A DNA stretch of 56,063 nt, counting the filler, from Catajapyx aquilonaris (taxonomy: Eukaryota), in NCBI GenBank assembly GCA_000934665.2. It is 4 parts of 4 records of this genome, joined end to end, with 100 filler letters (N's around TTAATTAATTAA, not from the genome) between each part and the next. Parts side by side here need not be neighbours in the genome. Positions count along the whole stretch, not along the records: positions 28,122 to 42,040 come from KZ539754.1; positions 42,141 to 56,063 come from JYFJ02007943.1; 2 more parts are not named here. One strand, 5' to 3'. A program made the translations under genes and the position numbers. Of this stretch, positions 35,593 through 49,700 are shown piece by piece; positions within the stretch are counted from its first letter, which is position 1, and each line of letters starts with the position of its first letter. A model generated the notes under the pieces. That model searched no databases and was not told where the DNA came from. It saw only the letters and a list, made by a program, of their open reading frames with translations.

Positions 35593-36602
35593 ATACGGAA
35601 GGAACTTTCTATTCGCTCTTTTTCCGCCAACAGCTCTAGGCTCCACCAGTACGACACCATTGATGTACTACACATGCGTACAGTTTTTCCCCAATTTTGA
35701 CAGAATTTTGAACAATCATGTATGCACCTCCTAGCATGCATAAATTTTGAATCGAGCTCCAGCCCAGCTCCATAGTTAATATTCAGGTTCCAACCCCAGC
35801 ATCGATTTTTAATTAATAAAACTATTTGGGTGGCAGTACACGTTGTATTACACCCCCCTCCAAGCTTCAAGTACTGCTCTTGTGCTATTCACCACAAAAT
35901 ATGATAGGGAACCAATCCCTCCCTCTCTCTCTATACATATTTTTTTTATTTCCAAAGTTCCCCCCCTATGCCTGCCAGCTCTTTTCTCGCCCAATTCCCC
36001 ACTCCAGCAGGTCCAATTACCAGCTTAACCCATGCTACTACTCCAGTGTTAATTCACCCCAACCATTCCTCCCTCAATTCTCCGCAACCATCCTCATTAC
36101 AAGGCTTCTTTTTATCATGCAAAAAAAGGATCAATAACACTTGACCATGGAGGATTGGTAAAGGGGGGGGGGGGGGNNNNNNNNNNNNNNNCCAAAAAAG
36201 AAAAAAAGGGGGGGGGGGGAGGAGAGAGAATTGGTGGGTAGAGAGAGACTGACACACACACACAGTGCTCTTCAACCAACCACTGGGTCCGTTCATTTAT
36301 TCACGAAGGACAAACAGGCAAACTTGGATGGCAATGTTGACAATGCGGAGTTGGGTGTAGATAGCCTGATTTCAAAATTTATGTTTCGGCACAACCAAAC
36401 ACCCCTTTCACTGTCGGGGTTTTTTGGTTGGATATGTAATGGGGAACGGTAAAAAAAAATAGAGAGAGAGAGAGAGGAAAATGGCGGGCTAGAGAAACGC
36501 AAATAACTGCTGAGTGTTCTCTAGCATGTACAGGTACTACAGACTGAGAGGGGGGAAAAAATAGTGTCAAAGAGAAGCAAATTTTAGCAAAAAATGTGCA
36601 CT

Positions 36603-37040
36603 TACTGTACTAGCAGGAGACCCATTCTTTGCAACATGAATTGATGAGTGAAAGTAGTTTATAAGACATTAGTGTGCCAAATTTCAGCACTCTCAGGAGT
36701 CCAGAAGTGATTAGGTAGCCAGGACATACACACAAACTTTCTGCTTTATACAGAGAGAATTTAGACTTTAAAAAAGTGCAGTTTTGGGACTTTTCCCTCA
36801 ATCTGCGTCCAGTAAGTGTCAAGTTTCAGCATTTTCAGTAGTCCAGAAGTGGGTTAGGTAGCTGTGGCTTACATAAATACCAACAAACTTTCTGGTTTAT
36901 ATATAGAGAGATACTGTACTAGCAGGAGACCCATTCTGTGCAACAGGAATTTGATAAATAAAAGGAATTTATAAGACATTAATGTTTCAGCACTCTCAGT
37001 AGTCCAGAAGTGGGTTAGGTAGCCCGGAAACAAACTTTCC
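36603..37040 (-). mobile_element. Tandem non-autonomous Helitron-like units
   Basis: TACTGTACTAGCAGGAGACCCATTCT at 36603 and 36912; minus-strand start TCTCTATATATAAACCAGAAAGTTTGTTGG; a related plus-strand fragment at ~31320-31410. Confidence 0.55.
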
Positions 37041-38393
37041 CTTATATCTCTTTATAAAAGAGATAAAGGGGAAAGTTTGTTCGTTTGCTTGTCCATGACA
37101 ACCCGGTGTTACCACGGCATAAGCAATGGTTGTTGTTCATTACATTACCGTGGAAAAAGTGCAAAGAATGGCTAGTTCATGTCTGGGTTATTTTGGAGAG
37201 AGAAAAAAAAATGGGTACGAAATGGGTATGAAAATTTCTGAGACGGATTTTCCCCCAGCATAATGATGGCCCTAATTGTGAGTGATGGTCCAGGGGAAGG
37301 CTGTTCCTACGGCCAGACTTTTGTGTCCCAACTCCTTGAAAGACACCCTCCCCAAAAAAAATATAAAGAGAAAAAGACTGAAGAAAAAGTGACTACTCAT
37401 GCTTATGGTGCCACGATTTTTTTGTCGTTGCTACGTGCAGGGTGGTGCACTACCCAAAATGTACAGAATGTAGTATTATATCCGTCACGTATACTTGGCG
37501 CATGTTACTGGCACCCAGTTGTGGACTTAGCTCACTCCCGACAAACTGAAGCACATACTCCGCTATTGAATAATCTGTACATATTTTAAACTGGATCACT
37601 TTTGAGCAATGAGCCAGCCTGTACATACTGAGCATGAGCAGGCCTGCATTGTCACGATTCGCCCTTGCCCATGGGTGGATGTCATGGACGCTGCTCTTGC
37701 CCCCCCCAACATTTTGCCAACCAGAAGAAGAAGAAAAAAACTATTCTCGCCTCAATAAGGATTGAGAGGAGGGGGTTGCCACAATTTACAGAATGGCATG
37801 TGTGAGGTTGGATGAAGAAAGAAAAAGTAAAGTAAAGTAAAAAAAAAAAAAAGGTTCATGGAGAAGAAACTCTCCCTTGCTCTTCCCCCCTTTTGTCACT
37901 TTGCGTTTCTGAATGAGAATGAGCGACTTCAAAAGGAAAAGGACTAGGGGGGGGAAGTTTCCAGTTCTGGAGCAAGCTGAACCTTCCTTGTATTTGCATC
38001 TCCAAGGGAGGGCTGCATCTGGAGGAAAAAAAGACACAACCTTCCCTAGACGATGAATTTTGGCACACCCATTTTTCTCTTCTTCTTCTTCTCTTCCGTC
38101 GTTATATAGCCCCCTCAGTTTTAACAAAGCTTAATTGGCTGCTCGGAAGCTAAAAGGACGCAGGTATATTATATCTGAAACCAGCCCTTTTGAGGTGCCG
38201 CTCTAAAGTGGCAAGCCGGAAGCGACTTTTGCACCAACTCCCACACTTAAACAGGAGGGGGTGAAAAACATTGTTGCTTTACACTTTGGAACAAATCATG
38301 TAAGGAATAAAGTGGCCGGAAAGCTGCGTTTATCATTTACAACAAGTGTATTCCACAGTTGTCTCATGTGTTTTTTATTTTCCATCTTTTCAG

Positions 38394-41300
38394 GGTTGCC
38401 TCGGCCGCCCATGTATCCATTCCCAGCCGGCCAGTACCCATACCCTATGCTGGGAGCGGAAGTCTCCCAGGTGGCATCGTGGCACAACCCCGGCATGTAT
38501 CCTCTATCTGCCGCTGGGGCGGGGTTCAGGAGCGCGTACCCTTCTTCCCTACCCATCACTTCCACAACGTTGCCTACGTAAGTAATTCACATCCATATGC
38601 ATTACATACTTACAGACACACCGAGTCGGCACATTAAGAATAATGAGCATGTTGCGACTAACACCGGACAGTCATAAAATACTGATTGTACATGTGGTGG
38701 CGTCTCTTTGAAGTTACTGTGTGTGTGTATTTGTTTGAGCATGCCCGTTCGACCCATTTGCATCTGTATGTTGTACCTGTAACTTTACCAGTTGGCCTCA
38801 TCTCAGAATTGCAGCGCTCACCAGTCACTTGTCTTTCCCTGCAAAAACCAGGGACTTCTACCGCTTTCCCCCTACTGGGTTGATCCAACCCCACCCGGGT
38901 CTCCCGGCACATCATCCTGGTCTTTCCCACCCTGGTATGGTGCCTCCGGGTCTCAAGCAGGAAGTGCAGGATGTAGAGCAGAACCACAGGTACTGCATGT
39001 CAAATAGAGACAACTGCAGGATTGCCGTTGATACATGCGTTTTCTACAGGCCGCTTGGGCTGGCTGACCAAAAGAACGCCGGAGCATCCACAGCGGACGG
39101 ACTGAAATCTCAGGAGGCACAAGGCAACAACAGCCAAGGTATGCGGATTCACACATCTTCTTTGACAACTACTAATCTATATCACTTTGATACCTACAGA
39201 ATTTACATTAGGAAAAAACAAAAGTCAATTAATTTTTTTCCTGTCCATTATAACGTGGAATGACCCTAACTTTCTAACTTACACAGACAAGAAGAAGCCA
39301 CATATAAAGAAGCCACTCAACGCCTTCATGTTGTACATGAAGGAGATGCGGGCGAAGGTGGTGGCGGAGTGTACACTTAAGGAGAGCGCGGCCATCAACC
39401 AGATTCTCGGGAGGCGGGTAAGTGTCTGCATCCGCCAGCAAAACGCAGCTTAAAAATGGGGATTACTCGGGTGGGGAAAGGAGGGTTTGTGTTGCATGTA
39501 ACGCAAGATCGGAAAATCTAAGCCAGCCGATTGAAGCCTGAAAATTTAGAGTACTAAAAGAAGTACAAAAAGAAGTTACTTTTATTATTGTTGGACAATA
39601 ATTGGCAGTAGTTTTAAGCCGCGTTTACATGTGAGCGATTTGATCAGCGATGTTATCAGTGAACGATGATTCCAATTGTTTGGGGTTAAAGTAACAATCG
39701 ATTTTCGGCCCAAACAATTGGATTCATCGTTCAGCAACGACGGCGCTGATCAAATTGCTCACATGTAAATGCGGCTTTATGATGTGTACATGTCGGACTT
39801 TCTGAATCTTGTTGGATGATATTGTATTATTTTGAACAAAAGTGGGCCCAATCACATGTCTGGAATTACAGTAAGGTTGACAGGCCAAATTTGTTACGAA
39901 AGAAATTTATTGGTTGATTTGCCACCATCACGACTAGTGCACAATATGGGCAACTTTTTTTTTGACACAGCCAATATTATATGACCCCCTGCATTACATG
40001 GGGAATAAACAAAGTAAATTAAGTAAATTTAAAACCAAATTTGAAACCAACCCCAATCTCAGTGGCACTCGCTCAGTCGGGAGGAGCAGGCCAAGTACTA
40101 CGAGAAGGCGCGGCAGGAGAGGCAGCTCCATATGCAGATGTACCCTGGTTGGAGTGCGAGGGATAACTACGGATACGGTACCAAGAAGAAGAAAAGAAAA
40201 AAAGAGAAGTCTGCCGACGGAGGTACTGGAGGGAGAGAGGAACTTGAAATTATTTTTGTTCTGTTTTGTTTTTTTCAATAATTGTTGAGTTGTGTGCTAG
40301 AATAGCAGCTGCCATGCCATGCCATTGTCATACCGACTATATTCCTTTTTGGCTCACCTCTTGTTTCTCCGAGGGAGATAACGAGGAGAGGAAAAAGGGA
40401 TCGGAGGTTTAAAAAGTAAATAAATAGGGGAGTTGAAGGAGGGGCAGTGGATACCGCCCGATCCTGACGCATGACGTGTAAATAAAGTGCACGACCACTA
40501 TGTGCACAATTGAGGAGCTTTTGCTTATTATCGTAAACAATAATACTGAAATTATCTAAGTTAAGCAATCAGCCGAAAGCTCACCAATTACTTGTAGTCT
40601 TTATTTACACTCATTGCAAAAACTGTCAGCCTACAAAAAGCATGTGAAAGGTCGAAGAGTAGCCGTTACCTTTAGTAATGGTACATACAGGCATGCAGTA
40701 CCTTCATGCTTTTAAATCGTCATGAGGGCAGCATTTTTTCCAAGAGACAGTTAACGAGCAAGAGGATCTGGCAGTATTCACTCGGGTGCAGCCGCTGCTT
40801 CCCAGCGTGGGTGCCAAAAAAAAAATAATAAGTTAACGATTAACTATGCAGATTGGGACACTTGGCCAATTTTTTAAATATTAGAGGGTGAAAGCAGAAT
40901 AGGTTCATGCCCCAGAGCAGGTCTCAAAGATCTTTAAAAAAAAAAAAAAAAGTGGACAGAAAGAGGGGGAACGACAAGACCGCAAATTTTTGTAGTCAAA
41001 AAAGATATACCGCAACCGCTAAAACCCGCTCACCCTCCCTCCGCTCTGCTGTAACCGAAGCTGTTCTTCTAGCACCCATCAAAAAAAATACTGAAAAATT
41101 AAATGAAAAGGACAAAATAATAAGGAACTGCCCCCAGTATTTCCGGAGCGGGGACTTGGAACGAAAAAAAAAAAATCACAGCGAGAGAATAAATAAAAAA
41201 AAAAAAGGGAGAGAACTTTTTGGGGAAAGGGCCCTTGCCGTTTTTGATGCCTTTTTTATTTGGTTGGTACGACTCTCCCCCGGAGTTTTCTCGGTATTTT

Positions 41301-41505
41301 CATTATTTTTTTTTTTGTTCCTTGCATTTTTATTCTTTCCCTCCCCAGTGGCACGCCTTAGGCAGGGAGGAGCAGGCTCGGTATTATGAGCTTGCCCGCC
41401 GAGAAAGGCAGTTGCACATGCAGCTCTACCCAGATTGGTCTTCTTCTCACAATAAGTCTGCTCATGGCAAGAAGAGGAAAAAGAAACATGAAAAAATGGA
41501 CGGAG
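38394..41505 (+). CDS. pan: pangolin/TCF, internal exons 38394-38577, 38852-38989, 39050-39138, 39287-39417, then alternative 40063-40222 or 41349-41505
   Basis: HMG box [66 protein letters not shown] plus basic tail; all splice phases are compatible. Beta-catenin-binding and C-clamp exons were not found in this piece. Confidence 0.98.
39617..39776. mobile_element. PIF/Harbinger MITE in a pan intron
   Basis: TTA|AGCCGCGTTTACATGTGAGCGATTTGATCAGCG...CGCTGATCAAATTGCTCACATGTAAATGCGGCT|TTA. Confidence 0.9.
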
Positions 41506-42040
41506 GTAGTGTGATCGGGGGACAGCGGGACCCAATTATTATTTCACCTTTTTTTAAAAAAAAACCCACATTATAATAATAATTAATAAAAATGTATATA
41601 TACTGGCGTGTCCCAAAAATGCAGCTGGGAACCGGGGGGTAAAAAAATATATTTCAGGATGCGAACATTTTGGGGCTCGCAGTATACATACCGCCCTCCC
41701 CCTTGTTCATTTATATTAGTTTATGCCGAACCAAAGTGGGACGAAATGTGTTTGATGCGCACAAGAGTTTTACCCCGTGTTTAAATCAGTCATTTGTTTG
41801 AGTTCTGCATGAACCTGTTCTGCAAGATTAGTTGGATGGACAGATATGAATGATTATTAGGAGAGTTTGGGCAGTTTTGAGGCTGAACGCTTATTATTAA
41901 TTAAATCCCATTCTGACCCCATCAGCGTTTTTTTGTCATCAATCAAAATGAGGAAAGCAGCGGTGATGCCCCGCAATGTCTGTTTTTCAGGATTGACACA
42001 CTTGTGTCAAAAATGATATTGAAAAAATAAAAAATAACAA

Positions 42041-42140
42041 NNNNNNNNNNNNNNNNNNNNNNNNNNNNNNNNNNNNNNNNNNNNTTAATTAATTAANNNN
42101 NNNNNNNNNNNNNNNNNNNNNNNNNNNNNNNNNNNNNNNN
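42041..42140. other. Artificial 100-bp spacer
   Basis: N44-TTAATTAATTAA-N44. Confidence 0.98.
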
Positions 42141-43510
42141 ACCCCTAGTGATACCCCTGGGGCATATGTGGAGGCCTTCGTATGGATCTGTTTAGGTCAC
42201 ACCAAGGGACATACGTCTTGAAATATGTATTAGATGTCTGATTTTGCCCAGAATCTTCATCTCGCACAATGGGTGGACTCTATAAGGTTTTTTCCACTTT
42301 GCCTGACTAGGGAGGGGAAAAGAGTAAGGGCAGCATTTACTGTACGGTCCTCAACTTTTTTTTACCTTCTTGAAGAACAATAACTGAACAATACTGTCAA
42401 TACAACCAGGACTGTGACCTTGACCTTCCAACTGCAGTGTAGTTGTCCTCCAGTCCATCACATTACACCCAATAATGAGGGAAACAATGCTATTGATTTT
42501 ACTCACATTTACGGCATATTATGTAAGCTGGAACTGGTCAGCAATCTTTATGATTATCGCCACCCATATTATATGAATCAGACCAAAAAAACGCCACTTT
42601 GGGCCCTCTCCTGGTGTGGACCTAGTGGTCCAAATTTCACGACAATTTATTTGTAAGGTCCCTGGGTGTGACCCATTGTCATATTAAAATTTCAGACTTG
42701 CAGCATTTTCCTCTGCTGAACTGGAAAATGCCGAAGTGTACAGAGCGAGTGAGCTCCAGTAAAGGATGCACGGCAGTGAGAGACGTAAGAGTAAGGGAGG
42801 GAAGGGGCTATTCGCAGCTATTGTGAAAGAGATTTCCATCGGGGTTATACCAGTGAATTTTTTTAAAAATAATTTGTTTTGTTGTATTATGTAATGTATT
42901 ATGTAATACAACCGTATCGGGCTGCGAGAGGATTAATGGAATTTAACCAGGGGATTGGTTTCATCTGGAAAGTGTCACTTCCCTTCTTGTTCTTTGCTGA
43001 CAACAGTGTCAAACTTGCTGTGACCAGCAGTGAGGTAATGATAGTTGTCTTTCGATGAAAGTTATGTTTTCAGCAGTTATCCTTATTGTTGCTTGCAGGT
43101 TTTGACAACAGCATACCATCAAGACTGAAGGTGAATAGGTTCTTGATGAGATATAGATCTCTTAGTTGTGCAATTCTGTCATGTGCAACTTCTCAGTAGC
43201 ACTTGACACACCATGTGTTTACCTGGTGGGACTTGAGAAGACATGCGCTACTGACACGCATTGGAGTTGAGGAGCAAGTGAATGTTAATGACATTATTTT
43301 ACGTGCCTTTGTACACTTTATACGGATCATGTGATATTAATTAATATGATTATGAGGGTGCTTGGAATGGCCAGTAAATACCAGGCTCATTGCTCTGGAA
43401 GCAAACTGTGTTTTATGTCAGTTTGTTTTTGTGCCTCTAGAACACCAGTTAACTGTTAACGGGTGTTTAAAATGTTGGAGAAACGCGACATGTTGGAAGG
43501 AAATGTGACG

Positions 43511-43610
43511 TGTTCGAATATTCCGCCAGGTATCGATGGCCGCCCTATCGGTATAATTTGGCGGGATCAGGAGATGGGCGATTGCTGGGTAGATGCTCAT
43601 CGATACGATC
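43511..43610 (+). promoter_or_regulatory. Probable core promoter (DRE-like and E2F-like motifs), duplicated at 54442-54530
   Basis: TATCGATG, CATCGATA and TTTGGCGGGA upstream of the C2H2 exon; block retained in both gene copies. Confidence 0.55.
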
Positions 43611-43740
43611 ATTTCATGGAACGTCTAGCGTCTCTTCAGTCTTCGTTTCTCTTCCGTCTTCCGCCTTTTTCCTCTGCTGTCTGAAGCTTAGGTCTGAAGA
43701 CTGTTTGGGCATGTGCACAGGAAGGAAACCTGCAGAGGGG

Positions 43741-46700
43741 ATGAGCCTCCACCAGCCGCAGCATGGACCGAGCCGCATGGCCACCGAAGAAGGGCAGTTC
43801 AGGTGCGTCTACTGCCTGGACGCCACCTTCAGGACCAGGCTGCAGCTGAGGGCACACCAGTTCATACACGGGCCAAGGGACGAGGTCAAGGTGGAGCCAG
43901 AGGAGGAGCCTGATGACGGAAGGGTGGTCGTCGTAATAACGGAGGAGGAGAGACCAACTGGAGGAGGGGATCAGTCGCACCAGAAGGAGGAAGAGTCCGT
44001 CTTGAACTCCAGTGGTGGTGACCCTCCAGGAGACGCTGAACCTTCATTCGAATTCATTTCCATTGACGGCTGGCCTGGACGGAACAGGGCACGTGCCGAG
44101 GTAAGGGTCCCTTCATGGCGGAGACGCAAGCCCTTTGATGCAATGCATGCCCACGCCACTCTGACTGGGATGCAGGCAGAGGGCTCACAGGCCACGTCTG
44201 TCCTCACGCACTGCTCAATGGACACTTATTTATATATGTACCCATTTACTACCCGCCAGGGTGTGAGGGGGAGGACACATCTTCGACCGTCTTACTCTAA
44301 CATATCATTTCGTTTAAGCACATCATCAAAAAAATTGTACAAATTATAAATGGATACTTGCAAAGGATCTACAAATAACCAAAACTGGGATGAAAACAGG
44401 GGGAAATGTCATAATTGGGAGCTGTTGAGAGCATATAAGGAATATTTCTTCGTGGAGGGTCATACATGGGACAGGTGTACTCATGATATGGGCCAGTGTA
44501 AAGTTTTCCTGCACATTATGATTTGGGCAAGTCATCTCTGAGTCTAACGTAATTGAACCGGTTTTAGTGTAAATACGGAGCGATTGATTTCTCAGATTCA
44601 CCAACATTCTGGTAAGATGTAAGGGAATATTTAACGCCCAGTTAGTGTTAGTGTGGTGGACAGTTTATTTATGCATGGGAAAATAGCTCTGACTTATTAT
44701 CATCAGTAGTTTTTAAAAGCCATGATTGTCCTTAATGAACATTTTATTTTAAGTATGAAGAATTTATGGTGTATATATCAGTTTCATTTTAAAAATACAA
44801 AGGTAAATTAATGGAACAAATTTTACCTAAATTTTAAATGATTTAGATTGCATAAAAGGAGACACCAGAATGGAGCTTTAAGTGAGTGAGTGTATTATTT
44901 GCTGAAGTGAAAGTGACATTTCTCCACCCATCAGGACCTTCTCCTTCTTTTTCTTACCCTTCACCGCCTGATGTGCTGTGGATTCCTTATACTGATGTAA
45001 TTTGCAAAGTGAATCCCCACACACCAACTGGTAGGGTTTACACTCTGCCAGAAGGTGAAAGGGGAAAGATTTTAATCTAAAGATTGAATTGAGTTAAAAA
45101 AATTAAATGAATATGTTAACCTCCATCGCGTTACATTTACAATTAAAGTCTATTGAAAGGCTTTTAATAAGAGACATTTCCCAAGTTTCCATCTCATCCG
45201 CTTACTTGAGTATTTCAAGACTCAGCGATTTTTTTAGATGATTGGAATGGCCCAAAGTACTTTCTGTCATGAACGTGCATGCAACAGGGATTGGATAGTC
45301 ACGAAATCTTCGTTTGGTCACAGGATGGAATTTTCAGTGTCATTGTCATTATTGGTATGAATCCTTTGTTGGGGAGCTTAGTGCTTCACAGAATGGCTCT
45401 GCATAGACATGTAGTGTATTGAATTTTTATGTTACAAAATAATCGTATCTCACATACTTTCAATTTTATTGCATCTTGATGTTTTCCATGAGAAAGCGCA
45501 ACACCTTTTTAACATGTGTCATACTTGTAGTTAGGGAAGTATGTCTCAGAAGAAAAGTGGTTGTAAAGACGAATCGCAAAGTGCAGAGTTGCAATTCCTT
45601 GCAAAAATTTGAGTAAAATCCCTGCATGTTTAGGTGCCAACAAGAGCAAGGAGATCAAAACTGGTTGCTCGGGTTAAGATGAAGGAGCAGAGTCAGGGAG
45701 GAAGTGAGGACGCGATCGTTGCTGAAGACCTCCAGACATCCAGCGCAAAGGGCAAGGGACGAAAACCAATGGTAATTCTTGTTTTCTGTCATGAACAGCA
45801 AAAATTTATGGAAAAAAACAACTATGCTACAGGCCTACCATGGGCAGTGATGTTAAATTGATAACGGAGGTTGTCAGATTCCATCTCCTTTGAAATATCA
45901 GTTGCAGGCAACCTTTGGAAAAGGGACAACCAATAAGCCATACAGCTACTCACTGGCCTTCAAGAAGAAGGTGCTCCATGTCTACGAGTTTGACAATTCC
46001 GAATGTCGTCACAATGCATATGCAACTGGAAGAAAGTTTGGAATAAGTGAAGGTGCTGTGAGGAAGTGGGTGAAGAGTCTCCAGCCCCTTCTCCTTGCCC
46101 GTTCAGCTCAGAGTCAGGTGCACCAACCAAGGCGAGGCTCTCGTCAAAGGACAAGTCATGAAATTAGGGTAAGGAAATAAACTTTTCCTATCCCCCGCAT
46201 GTGGTTTGGAACTTGCTGAAATCCCAAGTCTATGGACTGCTTTTTGCTGTTTTATTTCTGTCGGAGTAAGGGGAAGAGGAAAAAAGGAATTATGATAAGT
46301 CGCGAGTGAAACAGTGCTACGGCTGTAACTTAATTTTCAAAGTGTTCAGGTGTTAATGATGTTTGGTTCCAGAAGGAGACGAGAGGTGTTGATGCCAACT
46401 CGGATGACATGGATGACCTCCCTCCAGATGGGGAACATGCATTGCCTGACGAGGGAGCAGAAAAGAAGGTAAGACCAGAGTTTGCAGGAAGGCGGAACAA
46501 GTGAAAGTGACCCTCTTCAGGTGATGGTCCAAATGAGACAATGATATTGCGATAAACACTTAGCTGTCTGTCCACCCATCAGTGTACTTGCTGGCCCAAA
46601 ACCATGTTAGAAAGCAGTTGTGAGAAATTTACAGCAACCAAAGGGCAACGAGCAAGATGACCGGACACACTGGCCTGCCCCTAGACACACACAGGAACTC

Positions 46701-49700
46701 TCACGTCATCTTTTTGCGGGAGATTTCTTCACTGATGTACATTTCTATGAGCATGAGAATCACTAAGGGTGAAAGAGGTGGCTCATTGTGGGTTTTTATT
46801 AGCCTCCGATTGCGGTCCTCATTATGGGCCTCGATAGAGGAACTATTTCTCTTGTCATAATACATTTGTTGGGACTGGCTGAAATGCCAATTCTTGTCTA
46901 CGGGGTGAGTTTATTTTTTTCCCCAAAAATACATGGCTCCCACAGGTTGTCAGCTGGTCAGGCATTATCTAGAGATTCCTCCTGGAGCCTTATGCACTGG
47001 CACCACGGCTGTGCGAACCTCTCCCAGTCCCTCCAGGAACCACTTTTTGGTTGGTGTCGCGTGTCGACTCCCGCACAACTGCTTCCTGTTCAACAATGTC
47101 CTCGAAATGGCAATGGCGAAGGGGTTTTTCCATGTATCCGAACAGGTAAAAGTCACTGGGGACCGGACTGGGTGGGTACGGCAGGTGTGGCTTCATCTAA
47201 ACCCGGATCCATGCAAAAATCCCGTCACCAACACTATTTCAAGGACATTGAGGAGTGATATTAACTTGACAACTGAGGCTGTAAGATATCATCTACTTTT
47301 AAATATCCGTTTCAGCCGACCTCTGGGAAAGGGACAACCCGTAAGCCACACAGCTACTCACTGGCCTTCAAGGAAAAGGTGCTCGATGTCTACGAGTTTG
47401 ACAATTCAGAATGTCGTTACAATGCATATGCAACTGCAAGGAAGTTTGGAATAAGTGAATGTTCTGTGAGGCGTTGGGTGGAAACCATGCGACCTCACCT
47501 CCTTGCCTGCCAACCAAAGGAAGATGCTGATCAGATGTTAGGGAATAGGAAAAGAGTAAGCCTCATCAGATTGTTATTAAGCACAGAGGAAAATGGTTTC
47601 AAGATTATGGGTAGTAATTACTAAATCAGTCATATAAATCAGTGCTGGAAAGAGAGAGAGCGAGATTGTGTAGACAATATATTATGTTCTGAGATGTTTG
47701 TTTTCCACCTCTTCTGCAGACAAACTCAGGGAAATTGGAAATTCGCACGTCATCTTGCTACTCCCTGGAATTCAAGAAAAAAGTGCTGGAAGCCTACCAG
47801 TCCGGTGATTCGAAATGTCGTCACAATGCATCTGCAACTGCGACGAAGTTTGGCTTAAAACGAGCAACAGTGTGGAAGTGGGTGAAGTTTCTTCAACCCA
47901 GTCTCCTTGCCCCTTCAACCCAGGGTCAGGTATGTACCAATCAAGTCGAGGCAGAAAGGACGAGTCATGAAATGAGGGCAAATGAACTGTTTCTTAAAAT
48001 AGCCACACTTCTGCTGGGACTGACAGAAATGCCAATAACATTAAATGTGGGTTGCTCTTTGCTCTTTTGATTCTTCTGAGAGTAAGAAGGGATGATGGCA
48101 GGTTGTGTTTGACATGAATGAGACGAGAATCCATTCAAAGTCTGTGCCTTGGGCAGTTAGGGGAGCAGTTCAAAGCAATAGAAAAGGCAGCCAGAATGTG
48201 TGCATTTTTGAATGCCAAGGATGCGAAGTAATTTTATACCACAATATGACGCCACGGATATCTATAATATTAAAATGCTTGCGTTGTTTGTATAAGCCCT
48301 CTGATTGGTCCGCCCCCGCATTGTCGCCGCCACCTCTTCCCATTGGCCCCCGTCCATTGTTGCAGGGACGTATCCATGACGCATTGTTACCACGACGCCT
48401 CCCATTGGCCCCCGTTCCGAGCATGCGCAATGGGTGGGAGAACGCCTCAGTCGCTTGCTGGACGTCAACGAGGACGCATCATTCTCCTCTCCCGTGAAGA
48501 CCCCTCTGCCTCTTCCACCTATACCCTTCTACCCACGTCTTATTCACGGTGACCTCACAACAGAGGAGGGGGAAAATAATGGAAGCCGTAAACAAGCCGA
48601 ACACTGGACTACGGTCGATCGTTGTTTTAATATCAGTGCAGTGGTGCCAAACTGCCAACTCCGTGGACGTTTGTAAAGCAAAATAATTTCAGTTTTTTAA
48701 CCTTTTGTAGGCGGAGTTTCTGAGCCATTGCCTTAGGGTCTGAGTTCTTTTTCCCCTTTTCCGTAAATTTGATGAAGAGTGATAATAATCCGCGGACGAC
48801 TGCCCGGATTACCTATCGTTACCTGATCAAAAGGACCCCGTGACCCATTTTTGAGGGGGGCAGAGGCCAAGTCATAAAATGCCGACATCACCGATTTGCT
48901 TGAAATTCGGTGCAATGGTCGCCCACCCCAAGGGATGAAAAACGCACCGGCTGACTTCGAGTTTACAGGCCATTCGCCAAATCAATTAGTCACGATTTCC
49001 ACATTTTCACCGTTGTGTTTGTTCATCACCTAGCAACATACGATTCGGCAACAATGACAGCAACGCTCCCATCTGCATTCTGCTTCAGCTCGAGGAATTA
49101 CTTCCGGGGTCCCTGGTCACTCCCCCAACTTCAAACCCAGTAGCAAAACAACGATTCAAAGAAGGGTCAGCAAGCCGCAGGTACTGTTTCCTAATTGATT
49201 CGGCGAATGGCCTGTAAACCCGACATAAGCCCAAAAGGACCCTGCGACCCATATTGGAGGGGGGCCGAGGTGAAATTCCGCCCTCACCGATTTTCTTGAA
49301 ATTAGGTGCATTGACATAATTATGCCCCCCTCCAATGTGGGTCAATTTCGAGCAGGTAACTATAGGTGCGTTTTCATCCCTTGGGGTGGGCTACCAATGC
49401 ACCAAATTTCAAGAACATCGGTGAGGTCGGAGTTTTACGAGTTGAAAAATGTCCCAAGTTGTCAGGGCAAATCTCAAGACATCATAATTATGATGTCCGT
49501 AGGCCCTGCAGCAATGTAAGCTCGGACATCATAATAATAAAAATCCGTAGTCGTCAAAGGGTTAAAGAAGGTCAACCTCCTGTCAACACCACAGGGAGAG
49601 TTTGTAAGCAGGATTGGCTGCGACATTCAACACTGAACCAGGGAATAGGTCGAGAATATCAAAAGAAATTGTCTGGAAGAATAATGAAATCAGTACTTGA

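Noticed and set aside
35448..35870. ORF with SYSVRR repeats
   Set aside because: Translation of a minisatellite
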